Of a stretch of DNA of 64,000 bases, positions 38,683 through 48,025 are shown piece by piece (the stretch's first letter is position 1; each line of letters starts with the position of its first letter). Both the position numbers and the translations under genes were made by a program. Below the pieces are notes generated by a model. The model saw only the letters and a program-made list of their open reading frames with translations, had not been told where the DNA came from and did not search any database. This stretch comes from an uncultured Verrucomicrobiae bacterium (GTDB lineage: Bacteria; Verrucomicrobiota; Verrucomicrobiia; Chthoniobacterales; Terrimicrobiaceae): positions 224,001 through 288,000 of the forward strand of contig CAVPOC010000008.1 in NCBI GenBank assembly GCA_963706955.1, read 5' to 3'.

Positions 38683-39757
38683 CGTTCTCGATCGCCACCG
38701 CAAAAGTCTCCTCCGGACGGACATCGAAGCAGAACTCGGCAAGCAGCCGCGCGAGCACGTCGAGGTCGGCCAAGTCGATCACTTCGACCGGTGAATGCAT
38801 GTAGCGGGTCGGCAAACCAATCGAGACAGTGGGAATGCCGCCACGTTGCACAAAGATGGCGTCGGCGTCGGTCCCCGAAAACCGTGGATTGACCTCATAC
38901 TGCAGGGGAAGTCCTTTGGCGGCAGCGACTGAACGCAACCGTTCAATCAAAACGGGATGGTTGGCACTGCCAATCCCAATCACCGGGCCACCTCCGAGCT
39001 TCACGTCGCCATGCTTCGTCTTCGAGCAGATCGGGATGTCGGTCGCATGGGCGACATCGACCACCAGGGCCACATCGGGACGCAAACTGTATCCCGCCAT
39101 CGCAGCGCCATAACGTCCATTCTCTTCCTGCACGGTTGAAACTGCTATCACGCTTGCGCTCAGCCGTTGCCGCTCGGCTGTCAGATGGCGCAGGGCCTCC
39201 GCCGCGGACCATGTTCCAATCCGATTGTCGCACGCGCGCGCGGCGACTCTGCCACCGGCAAGCTTGAAGACGTTGGCATCCTTGGTCACCGCGTCTCCGA
39301 TCTGGACCATCTGCTCGGCTTCCTTCCGCGAGTGCACCCCGATATCGATGAATACTTCATGAAATTCTGGCACTTTCTTCCGATCGTCGGATTCCTGCAG
39401 GTGGATCGCCAGATGGCCAGTTACCCCAGGAACCGGACCTTCTCGGCCATGCACAAAAACTCTCCGGCCACGCAGCATGGCCCGGTCCACACCGCCAATG
39501 CCTTTGAAATACAAGTATCCCTCTTCGCTGATATACGAGATCATCAAGCCGAGCTCGTCAGAATGCCCGACGATCGCAACCTTCGGCGATCCTCCGACGT
39601 TCAGTTCCGCGAAGACGTTTCCATATGCATCGCTCTCCACTTTGTCGGCAAATTGCCCGGCGTACGACGCCCACAAATTCTGACCACGAGTTTCAAAGCC
39701 GGAAGGGGAAGGTGTTTCCAGCAGTGCCTGGAGGAAATCAAAGGAAGCATCGCGCAT
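38657..39757 (-). CDS. M42 family metallopeptidase
   Basis: PSPSGFE, GHSDELG, DNR.G, VQEE.G, VDVAH, GTDA, RYMHSPVE. Confidence 0.92.
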   Translation of the reverse strand: MRDASFDFLQALLETPSPSGFETRGQNLWASYAGQFADKVESDAYGNVFAELNVGGSPKVAIVGHSDELGLMISYISEEGYLYFKGIGGVDRAMLRGRRVFVHGREGPVPGVTGHLAIHLQESDDRKKVPEFHEVFIDIGVHSRKEAEQMVQIGDAVTKDANVFKLAGGRVAARACDNRIGTWSAAEALRHLTAERQRLSASVIAVSTVQEENGRYGAAMAGYSLRPDVALVVDVAHATDIPICSKTKHGDVKLGGGPVIGIGSANHPVLIERLRSVAAAKGLPLQYEVNPRFSGTDADAIFVQRGGIPTVSIGLPTRYMHSPVEVIDLADLDVLARLLAEFCFDVRPEETFAVAIENANLARRRT

Positions 39758-39932
39758 AAGGGGCGAAAATTTTTGTCGAAAAAAATCGACGGCAGAAGCC
39801 GGGATTTTGCCTGATAGTAACTACAGATTGGGCGCTTCTACATGCTAGAAAATAGGGGATTTTTCATCGCCAAAACACCTAAATGGCGTAGCGAAATGAC
39901 TTTACTGAGGAACTGCGGGGCATCCTGGTAAA

Positions 39933-39979
39933 CCACAACATATTGTGGAACAATAAAAACTGTATACAATATATAGATT
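39933..39979. promoter_or_regulatory. Tandem NrdR boxes
   Basis: CCACAACATATTGTGG (39933-39948) and ATACAATATATAGATT (39964-39979), 31 bp apart, matching the acaCwAtATaTwGtgt consensus, upstream of nrdB. Confidence 0.88.
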
Positions 39980-40089
39980 TATATTGACTCAGAAGCTCGG
40001 GTCTCGCACTGTCTGTGAACCCTCGCAGAAAATGAGAAGGTGCGCGGGGAGAGAGACTCGAGACCCCCGCAAAAGAAGGAACTGAAAAC

Positions 40090-41178
40090 ATGGCCAGCAT
40101 CACAATCAGGCTCGGCGATCGCAACTTTGAACTGGATCGGCAAAAGGCGGAAACGGCTTACGCCGCGAAGAGGGTAATTAACGGCCGGCAGACGATGTTT
40201 TTCAACATTCTGCCGCTGAAATACCAGTGGGCCTACGGGCTCTACAAGACGATGAAGGCGAATCATTGGGAGCCCGAAGACATTCAAATGCAGAAAGACT
40301 GCGAGCAGTGGCGCGACCAGCGCGGGATTGCCGATATCGAGCGCTGGATTATCAAGATGGGCATTGGCTACTTTTCGGCAGCGGAAGGTATCGTCGGCGA
40401 CAACATTCTTCACGTCGTCCGGGAGGTTGTGACCGCGCCCGAGCTCAAGCTCGTGCTTGGACGTCATGCCCACGAGGAAAACATCCATGCCGACAGCCTC
40501 GTTTACATGATCAGCTCCTTGGGTATCAATCCGCACGAATGCGAGGCCATGTTCGAAGACATCGCCACCATCAAAGAAAAGACCGATTTTGTCGTAAACA
40601 ATAGTCGCAGCCTGCGGCGGGAGATCGATCTCACCAGAACCGATAGCAAGCAGGCTTTGGCGAAGAATATTTTTCTTTTCGGTCAGTGCATGGAAGGCAC
40701 GCAGTTTTATGGTCTTTTTGGAATGGTGCTGGCCCTCTACCGGCAGAATAAATTCCCCGGCATTGGGCAGATGTTTCGCTACACGCTGCGAGACGAATCA
40801 AATCACATTGAGCTTTTCCGCAAACTCTTCATCGAGCTCGTCGATGAAAATCCTGATGTCTGGAGGGAAGATTTCCGCCAGGATCTGCGCGCCACGATGG
40901 CCGAGGCCGTGCGCCTGGAAAAGCAGTTTATCAAGGACTGTCTGCCCGTGCATGCCGTCGGACTCACCACGGAGGAATTTCTCGCCTACATTGATTACAT
41001 CGGCGATCGCCGGCTGGAAGGCGTCGGCCTGCAGCCGCTCAATGGTCCGAGCTCGAATCCTCTGCCCTGGCTTGCCGAGCTGATGGACATGAAAAAAGAA
41101 GCCAATTTCTTCGAATCCAAAGTTACTGAATATCAAAAGAAGTCCTCGCTCGTCCACGTGTCGGATGACGAACTCTAG
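40090..41178 (+). CDS. nrdB: Ribonucleotide reductase small subunit (class Ic/R2c-like)
   Basis: HWEPE, FSAAEG, EENIHADSL, MEG.QFY, RDESNH, NFFE..VTEY. Confidence 0.93.
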   Translation: MASITIRLGDRNFELDRQKAETAYAAKRVINGRQTMFFNILPLKYQWAYGLYKTMKANHWEPEDIQMQKDCEQWRDQRGIADIERWIIKMGIGYFSAAEGIVGDNILHVVREVVTAPELKLVLGRHAHEENIHADSLVYMISSLGINPHECEAMFEDIATIKEKTDFVVNNSRSLRREIDLTRTDSKQALAKNIFLFGQCMEGTQFYGLFGMVLALYRQNKFPGIGQMFRYTLRDESNHIELFRKLFIELVDENPDVWREDFRQDLRATMAEAVRLEKQFIKDCLPVHAVGLTTEEFLAYIDYIGDRRLEGVGLQPLNGPSSNPLPWLAELMDMKKEANFFESKVTEYQKKSSLVHVSDDEL

Positions 41179-41258
41179 GCCTAAAGCCATTTTCTCCAGA
41201 TGCGTTTGAGCGATAGGAGTCGGTTCACATTCGGGCCACCAACCACGTAGAGAATCTC

Positions 41259-44200
41259 ATGCTGCGCCACATCCCACTCGCCGAAGATCTTGCGCTGAAG
41301 CGCCTGGTCACCACCCCCCTCGATCAAAAACCCGGCTTCGCCTGGCGAGATGCTCTCGGCGATCCCTCCATGGAGGCGGCGCTTCCTGAGGTGGTTGTCA
41401 CGCGCGGCAAGGGAGATGAACGCCAGTTCAATTTGGCTGACGTCGCCGACGAAATCGGCGCTGCTCTGACGGACCTTCTACTTTCCCGGCAGGAGAAGGA
41501 TATTTTTAACGAGGAGAATCGAGCGTTCGTGGCGAACGTCGCCCACTCGGTGGCTACACGGCTTTTGGAGCACGTTCGCGAAGGGCACGGCCTGAAGCTG
41601 TCCGACTATGATCTTTCCTTGCTCATCGAAAAAGCCCTCATCGAGAATGACGCGCACGATGTCGCCAAAAGTCTCGTCTTCAAGCGCTCCGTGCGAGGGG
41701 TGGCCGACCTGGCCAACGAGCTCGCGAGTGAGCGGCCGACCGTGGCTCAGGTCGCAGTTCGGCTGATCCGTCGCAACGGCACGGTGGTTCCTTGGAACGA
41801 GAGCAAAATTGAAATCGCCTGCCGCAAGGCATTTCTCACGACAAAGGAGAACCCTGAAAGTGCGATCAAGATCGCTCGTGCGGTCGGTGCCCGCGTCCGC
41901 CGCGGCGAGAGCGCCTTCGTTCACATCGAAGATGTGCAGGACATGGTTCAAGAGGAGCTCATGCGGCAGGGATTCTATAAGGTCGCCGAGAGCTACATTC
42001 TCTACCGAGCTCAACGGACCCGCATGCGCGAGGAGGCGGCTCAACCTGTGCCCGACGCAGAGCAGGAGTCACTGGTGGTCGTCCGGGGAAAGAATGGGCA
42101 GAGCGTGTTCTGGGACGGAAGCGAACTCAAACGTCGCATTCAATTTGCCACCATCGGGCTAGACCTGTGCTTCGATGAGCGTCGCATCGAACGGGAGCTT
42201 CGCCGCTCGATTGGCGCTGAAATCAGTGAGGAAGGCTTGCGCAGCACCATCATCCTCAACGCAAGATCGCTCATCGAAAAGGATGCGGACTTCGCCAAGT
42301 TCGCCGCTCGCATTCTCCTCTCCTACATTTACGAGGAGGTCCTCGATTGGAGCATTATGCGCGACGGCATCGAAGGTCTCCGAGAAGCGCACCGGAAGGC
42401 CTTTAAAGCCTACTTGCGCCACGGGGTGGCCATCGAACGACTCAGCCCCAAGGTCCTTCAGTATGATATCGAGAAGCTCGCCGAGACTTTGGACCCATCG
42501 GCGGATCTCGATTTCGAGTACCTCGGCATCCAAACTCTGTACGACCGCTATCTGATTGTCGATAAGACCCGTCAGCCGACCCGCCGTATTGAGACCCCGC
42601 AGTTCTTCTGGATGCGCGTCGCCATGGGGCTATTTATTCAAGAGGAGAGGGATCGTGAGGAATGGGTAGCTCGCCTCTACAATCTCTACAAATCGCGCCG
42701 CTTCTGCTCGAGCACACCTACGCTCTTTAATTCCGGCACACCGCATAGCCAGCTGTCGAGCTGCTACCTCTATAAGGTTGATGACAATATCGAGAGCATC
42801 ATGCTCCGCGGAATCGCCGAAAACGCTTTCCTTTCCAAGTGGGCTGGAGGACTCGGCGGATCCTGGACGTCGGTTCGTGGGACCGGGAGCTACATCAAAG
42901 GGACCAATGGAGAAAGCCAGGGGGTTATCCCCTTCCTCAAGCTGCACAACGACCAGCTCGTGGCCGTCAATCAGGGAGGAAAACGCCGCGGCTCCGGCTG
43001 TGCCTACTTGGAAACCTGGCACAACGATATCGAAGATTTCCTCAAGCTGCGGATCAATACTGGCGATGAACGGCGCCGCACCCACGACCTTAACACGGCC
43101 AACTGGGTGCCGGATCTTTTCATGAAGCGAATGGAGGCACGCGAACCGTGGACGCTGTTCCGCTCAAACGAGGTCCCAGACCTGCATGATGCTTACGGCC
43201 GAAAGTTTGAGGAGCGCTACCTCCATTACGAACGTCTCGCCAAGGAGGGCAAGATCTACGGACGTCCGATTCCTGCCATTGATCTCTGGAAAGAGATGCT
43301 CAAGGCTCTCTTCGAGACCGGCCATCCATGGCTGACGTTCAAGGATCCCTGCAACTTACGCTCGCCGCAAGATCACGTCGGGGTGATCCACTCGTCGAAT
43401 CTTTGCACCGAGGTCACTCTCAACAGCAGCGAAGAAGAGACAGCTGTTTGCAATCTTGGTTCTGTCATTCTCGATACGCACATCAGAGACGACGGCTCGC
43501 TTGATTTTGAAACTCTTCGAGAAACAATCACCGTCGCGGTCAGAGCGCTCGATAACGTCATCGACATCAACTTCTACCCGACCGAAGCGGCCAGACGAGC
43601 CAACATGCGTCACCGGCCCGTCGGCTTGGGCGTCATGGGTCTGCAGAACGCTCTCGTTAAGAAGGGCATCAGTTTTGCCGATCGCGAGGCGATCGAGTTC
43701 AATGACGAATTCATGGAGGCAGTCGCTTACTCTGCTTACAGCGCCTCCAGTGAATTAGCCGCCGAGCGCGGGACCTACGCGAGCTACCGCGGGTCGAAAT
43801 GGGATCGCGGTTTGCTTCCCCAGGATACCATCGAGATTCTCGAAAAGGAACGCGGGATCAAGATCGATGTGCCGCGCGGAGGCCGGCTCGATTGGAATCC
43901 GGTTCGGGACAAGATCAGGAAACATGGCATGCGCAATTCCAACGTCCTCGCCATCGCTCCCACTGCCACCATCTCGAATATCACGGGTACGACGCCCTGC
44001 ATCGAGCCGAACTACAAGAACCTCTACGTCAAATCGAATTTGTCCGGAGATTTCATTGTTCTCAATCGCGAGCTAGTCCTCGACCTGAAGAAGGAGGGGC
44101 TTTGGAACGAAGAAATGGTCGATCAGCTGAAGTACTTCGATGGCGAGCTCAAGGATGTCGAATCGATTCCCGAACATCTCAAGCGAAAGCACGTCACCGT

Positions 44201-44525
44201 GTTTTCGGTGGGATATGACGCGATCATTGATGCCGCCGGCCGCAGGCAGAAGTGGATCGATCAGTCACAATCCGTGAATCTTTTCCTAGCGCAGCCCGAT
44301 ATGAAAACTCTGAGCCACATGTATCGTCGTGCCTGGCATGTCGGCCTCAAGACAACTTACTATCTGCGGACGCTCCAAGCCTCCAACATCGAGAAATCCA
44401 CCGTCTCGGTGAAGAAGGAAATCAGCGGTGTTGCTGGGGGCAAGCGAGAACATTCCGCCGAGGAGCAGCTGGCTTGTTCGATCGAAGCCATGCGCAACGG
44501 CGCCGAGTGCGAGGCCTGCCAGTAG
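41259..44525 (+). CDS. nrdA: Ribonucleotide reductase large subunit with multiple ATP-cone-like domains
   Basis: STPTLFN, SSCYL, NQGGKR.G, SNLCTE, VCNLGS, APTA, TYYLR, C-terminal CEAC. Confidence 0.96.
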   Translation: MLRHIPLAEDLALKRLVTTPLDQKPGFAWRDALGDPSMEAALPEVVVTRGKGDERQFNLADVADEIGAALTDLLLSRQEKDIFNEENRAFVANVAHSVATRLLEHVREGHGLKLSDYDLSLLIEKALIENDAHDVAKSLVFKRSVRGVADLANELASERPTVAQVAVRLIRRNGTVVPWNESKIEIACRKAFLTTKENPESAIKIARAVGARVRRGESAFVHIEDVQDMVQEELMRQGFYKVAESYILYRAQRTRMREEAAQPVPDAEQESLVVVRGKNGQSVFWDGSELKRRIQFATIGLDLCFDERRIERELRRSIGAEISEEGLRSTIILNARSLIEKDADFAKFAARILLSYIYEEVLDWSIMRDGIEGLREAHRKAFKAYLRHGVAIERLSPKVLQYDIEKLAETLDPSADLDFEYLGIQTLYDRYLIVDKTRQPTRRIETPQFFWMRVAMGLFIQEERDREEWVARLYNLYKSRRFCSSTPTLFNSGTPHSQLSSCYLYKVDDNIESIMLRGIAENAFLSKWAGGLGGSWTSVRGTGSYIKGTNGESQGVIPFLKLHNDQLVAVNQGGKRRGSGCAYLETWHNDIEDFLKLRINTGDERRRTHDLNTANWVPDLFMKRMEAREPWTLFRSNEVPDLHDAYGRKFEERYLHYERLAKEGKIYGRPIPAIDLWKEMLKALFETGHPWLTFKDPCNLRSPQDHVGVIHSSNLCTEVTLNSSEEETAVCNLGSVILDTHIRDDGSLDFETLRETITVAVRALDNVIDINFYPTEAARRANMRHRPVGLGVMGLQNALVKKGISFADREAIEFNDEFMEAVAYSAYSASSELAAERGTYASYRGSKWDRGLLPQDTIEILEKERGIKIDVPRGGRLDWNPVRDKIRKHGMRNSNVLAIAPTATISNITGTTPCIEPNYKNLYVKSNLSGDFIVLNRELVLDLKKEGLWNEEMVDQLKYFDGELKDVESIPEHLKRKHVTVFSVGYDAIIDAAGRRQKWIDQSQSVNLFLAQPDMKTLSHMYRRAWHVGLKTTYYLRTLQASNIEKSTVSVKKEISGVAGGKREHSAEEQLACSIEAMRNGAECEACQ

Positions 44526-44591
44526 TGCAACTCCAGATGGCGCTTAAGCGTGTTAAGGAATATCGTGCCCGCCCCGAAACTCGTAAAAGCT

Positions 44592-44655
44592 TGTAGAGGC
44601 AGTTGTGCCAACCGCCTGTGAATTTCGCTGGGCGCTTGACACAAGCGCCCCTACA
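44592..44655. repeat. REP-like inverted doublet 3 (different loop family)
   Basis: TGTAGA-GGCAG-TTGTGCCAA-CCGCC and, inverted, TGTAGG-GGCGC-TTGTGTCAA-GCGCC; between convergent genes. Confidence 0.75.
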
Positions 44656-44692
44656 ACTTGTCGGTTCCGGACGTGAAATTTTCTCTACCGCT

Positions 44693-45577
44693 CTAAAGCC
44701 GAAATTTCGGGACATACAATTCTCCGGCCAATTCGACCACCCGCGCCCAGGCGGCCTCACACTTGGTCACGGTTCGGCGCAGCTCTGGCGCCGTCTGACC
44801 TGGTTGCGCCAATAGCGCCCGCATTTGCTCGACGTGGGCCGGCGGTGCGATTTTGAACCTGGCGATCATCTCCATCGCGTTCTTGTCAGTCATGAAATAG
44901 ACTTCGTTAAGAGCAAAGAGAGCCTGGGTGAGGACGCCCGCTACCCGCGTCAGGCAACCGACGGTATTGTAAGTGTCTGCTTGGGCAGCAAATTTGTGGG
45001 CATGGTTCAGTGTGAATTCCGCGATCCAGAGCGAATCAGCTATGATCCGCTGCCTGAGAGTAGAAGGATACTTCGCAACCTTTCCTTTTAGATCAGCGAC
45101 TCGTCCCATGGGATCGTGCAAGGGAAGGCAGGCTGCTGTTTCGGCCAGGTAGATGACGCTGTAAAAGCCGTAGACTGGTTGTTGATAGAAATCGTGGCGA
45201 ACAATTCCCCGCTGCGCTTCGTCAATGGTCTGCCACACTTGATCGAGGTTGCGGTAAAGAAGATCAAGCTTGCCTGCGGTTGTCTGTATCCATGCGCCAC
45301 CATTGACCCAGGGACCCCATCCATAAAAATCTGTCACAACCGGGTCGTTGTGGCGCGAAACGGCCGCGGCGATGCGACGGATCTCGCCAATCGCAAACGG
45401 CGTTTCCGGCTCATAGTAAATTGCGACATCAAGATCGGAATCTTCACGCTGAGTTCCGCAAGCGTAGGAACCGCCCAAGACGACCGCCGCTACCCCGGGC
45501 ACCCGTTTCAATTCGTCCACCACAGCTCGTAGCAACTCGCCCTGCTGACGCGAAATTGTTCCCGGCAGTTCAATCAT
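44693..45577 (-). CDS. Nucleotidyltransferase-domain protein (DUF4037-like C-terminus)
   Basis: LGGSYACG...DSDLD pol-beta-type motif; GWGPWVNGGAW; LFALNE.Y...K. Confidence 0.8.
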   Translation of the reverse strand: MIELPGTISRQQGELLRAVVDELKRVPGVAAVVLGGSYACGTQREDSDLDVAIYYEPETPFAIGEIRRIAAAVSRHNDPVVTDFYGWGPWVNGGAWIQTTAGKLDLLYRNLDQVWQTIDEAQRGIVRHDFYQQPVYGFYSVIYLAETAACLPLHDPMGRVADLKGKVAKYPSTLRQRIIADSLWIAEFTLNHAHKFAAQADTYNTVGCLTRVAGVLTQALFALNEVYFMTDKNAMEMIARFKIAPPAHVEQMRALLAQPGQTAPELRRTVTKCEAAWARVVELAGELYVPKFRL

Positions 45578-45786
45578 AGAGTTGAGATTCCCATCGGCGC
45601 AAATAATCTCCCGTCTGGTCGCGAACCATTCAGCTGGCCAAGGACGACTCGAACGAGAGTTCTGCGGGCTCTGTCCCGCAGATCATACCCATGGCTGACA
45701 GCGGCGCGACCGCCTTGTGGGAGGCGCCGCACGCAAGAAAACTCCTCCTGTTCATATATTTATTCTTTAGGTTCAATTATGATCTG

Positions 45787-46986
45787 ATGAGTATGCATTT
45801 TGATTCCATCCCTGACGCCATTGCCGACATCCGAAAAGGGCGAATGGTCATCGTCACCGATGATGCTGATCGCGAAAACGAAGGTGATCTTGTCATGGCG
45901 GCTTCAAAGATTACGCCCACTGCGGTCAACTTTATGGCCAAATATGGGCGGGGGTTGATCTGCGCACCAGTTACCGAGGAACGCGCGCAGCAATTGGGGT
46001 TGCAACGAATGGTCGCGCACAACCGCGAAATGCATAAGACGGATTTCACCGTGTCGGTTGATGCTTCGAGGGGTATTGCCACCGGTATCAGCTCACGGGA
46101 CCGGGCCGCCACCATTCAGGTATTGGCCAGTCCTGACTCGCTCTCGAGTGAACTCGTGCAGCCGGGCCACGTTTTTCCACTGCAGGGCAAACCCGGCGGG
46201 GTTCTCCGGCGAGCTGGACACACCGAAGCCTCCATTGATCTGGCCCGCCTGGCAGGACTTGATCCATCTGCCGTCGTTTGCGAAATCCTGAACGAGGATG
46301 GCTCGATGGCGCGATTGCCCCAGCTTTTGAAGTTTAAGAAAAAGCATGGGCTTAAGATCTGCTGCATTCAGGATTTGATTGCCTACCGTCGAAAGCGGGA
46401 AAAACTTGTCGAGCGCGAGCAAACGGTTTCGCTGCCGACAGAGTACGGCGATTTCGAGTTGCACCTTTATCGATCCACGGTTGACGAGCGCCACCATCTC
46501 GCCTTGGTCAAGGGGACGATCGACCCGACCCAACCCACTTTGGTTCGCGTTCACAGTGAGTGTCTAACGGGCGATGTCTTTGCTTCCAAACGCTGCGATT
46601 GTGGTTCGCAGCTTCATCAGGCGCTCGCACAAATCGAGCAGGCTGGCACGGGCGTCCTTGTTTACATGCGCCAAGAGGGCCGGGGAATCGGACTAGCTCC
46701 AAAGATTCACGCCTACAAGCTGCAGGAGCAAGGGCTCGATACGGTCCAGGCCAACGAAAGGCTTGGGTTTCCTGTGGATCTTCGCGATTACGGGCTCGGC
46801 GCGCAGATCCTCGTCGATCTCGGCGTGCGCAAGATTCGCTTGCTGACTAACAATCCCCGCAAGGTGGTCGGCCTGGAGGGTCATGATCTCGAAATCGTCG
46901 AACAACTTCCTATTCGATCGACCGCGAATCCGCACAACGCCGGATACTTGGCGACGAAAAAGACGAAGCTTGGCCATCTTCTCTAG
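45787..46986 (+). CDS. ribBA: Bifunctional DHBP synthase/GTP cyclohydrolase II
   Basis: DRENEGD, FTVSVD, RAGHTE; RVHSECLTGD, CDCG, QEGRGIG, TNNP.K. Confidence 0.97.
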   Translation: MSMHFDSIPDAIADIRKGRMVIVTDDADRENEGDLVMAASKITPTAVNFMAKYGRGLICAPVTEERAQQLGLQRMVAHNREMHKTDFTVSVDASRGIATGISSRDRAATIQVLASPDSLSSELVQPGHVFPLQGKPGGVLRRAGHTEASIDLARLAGLDPSAVVCEILNEDGSMARLPQLLKFKKKHGLKICCIQDLIAYRRKREKLVEREQTVSLPTEYGDFELHLYRSTVDERHHLALVKGTIDPTQPTLVRVHSECLTGDVFASKRCDCGSQLHQALAQIEQAGTGVLVYMRQEGRGIGLAPKIHAYKLQEQGLDTVQANERLGFPVDLRDYGLGAQILVDLGVRKIRLLTNNPRKVVGLEGHDLEIVEQLPIRSTANPHNAGYLATKKTKLGHLL

Positions 46987-47065
46987 GGAGGCGTTCCTCC
47001 AGACGACGTCCGGTGCTCGGACATTGGACTTGAGAGTGTGCCCAATTGCGCCAACATCTGTGCAG

Positions 47066-47551
47066 ATGCCGAAAACTTCCATCACCCGTCCGCGCACAGC
47101 CAGGAAGTCGCGCTTCTCCTTCGCCATTGTGGCCAGTCGTTACAACGATACTTATGTGCAGGCACTGGTAGATTCCGCCATGTCCGAGCTAAACGAAATC
47201 GAACCTGGCGCGGGCGTTCATCTGGTGAGGGTTCCGGGCTCGTTCGAGATCCCATTGGCGGTGAAGCTCGTCGCGATGCAGAAGAAGGTCGATGCCATTC
47301 TTGCGCTCGGAGTTGTTTTGCGCGGGGAGACAGCCCACGCCGATCTTGTCGCACGGAGCGTAACAACTGCCCTCATGAATCTCTCGCTGGAGCTAAGAAT
47401 TCCAGTCATTCATGAGGTCCTCCTCCTCGACAACGAAGAACAGGCCAAGGCGCGTTGCCTCGGCAAGGAACTCAATCGGGGGACCGAGGCGGCGCGCGCG
47501 GCGGTCTCGATTACCCGCACGGTCAACGATCTCTCCTTGCCGGTCCAATAG
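47066..47551 (+). CDS. ribH: Lumazine synthase
   Basis: VPGSFEIP, LGVVLRGETAH; between ribBA and nusB. Confidence 0.95.
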   Translation: MPKTSITRPRTARKSRFSFAIVASRYNDTYVQALVDSAMSELNEIEPGAGVHLVRVPGSFEIPLAVKLVAMQKKVDAILALGVVLRGETAHADLVARSVTTALMNLSLELRIPVIHEVLLLDNEEQAKARCLGKELNRGTEAARAAVSITRTVNDLSLPVQ

Positions 47552-47556
47552 ATCAT

Positions 47557-48003
47557 ATGGGCGTTCGACGCGAGGGCCGCGAAGCGGCCGTCCAATACCT
47601 TTACCTTCGTGACCTGAACGGAGACAGCGACCTTCCTGCCTACTACAAATTTCGCGGTCTGAGTCCAAGTGCCCGTCGATTCTCGGATAAGCTAATCCAA
47701 GGCACTGTCGAACATCAGCCAGCCATCGACGACACCATTCGCGGAAACACGCAAAACTATGAACTCGGGCGCATCTCCGTGGTCGATCGCAACGTCCTCA
47801 GGGTAGCCATCTTCGAGATGCTTCATTGTCCGGAAATTCCGCCGGTCGTCTCGATCAACGAAGCGATCGAAATCGCCAAGAAGTACAGCACCGAGGAATC
47901 GGGACGCTTCGTCAATGGCGTTCTCGATCAGGTTCTGAGTGCTCTCCACCGGCCTGCGCGCACGGCTCGACAGGGTGCTCGCGAGGAGAGCGAACCAAGC
48001 TAA
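47557..48003 (+). CDS. nusB: Transcription antitermination factor NusB
   Basis: RREGRE.A.Q.LY, VDRNVLR, INEAIEIAKKYS...S.RFVNGVLD. Confidence 0.95.
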   Translation: MGVRREGREAAVQYLYLRDLNGDSDLPAYYKFRGLSPSARRFSDKLIQGTVEHQPAIDDTIRGNTQNYELGRISVVDRNVLRVAIFEMLHCPEIPPVVSINEAIEIAKKYSTEESGRFVNGVLDQVLSALHRPARTARQGAREESEPS

Positions 48004-48025
48004 GGGGAGCCGCCCAGCCACCGCC

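Noticed and set aside
21960..44655. Short palindromic repeats as a CRISPR array
   Set aside because: Dispersed inverted doublets with no regular repeat-spacer period and no cas genes.
44693..45577. Nucleotidyltransferase as an MNT-HEPN toxin-antitoxin or CBASS component
   Set aside because: Stand-alone gene with no partner toxin or effector adjacent; it fits the DUF4037-type family.
45578..45786. FMN riboswitch upstream of ribBA
   Set aside because: Two GC hairpins are present, but I found none of the conserved RFN sequence blocks.
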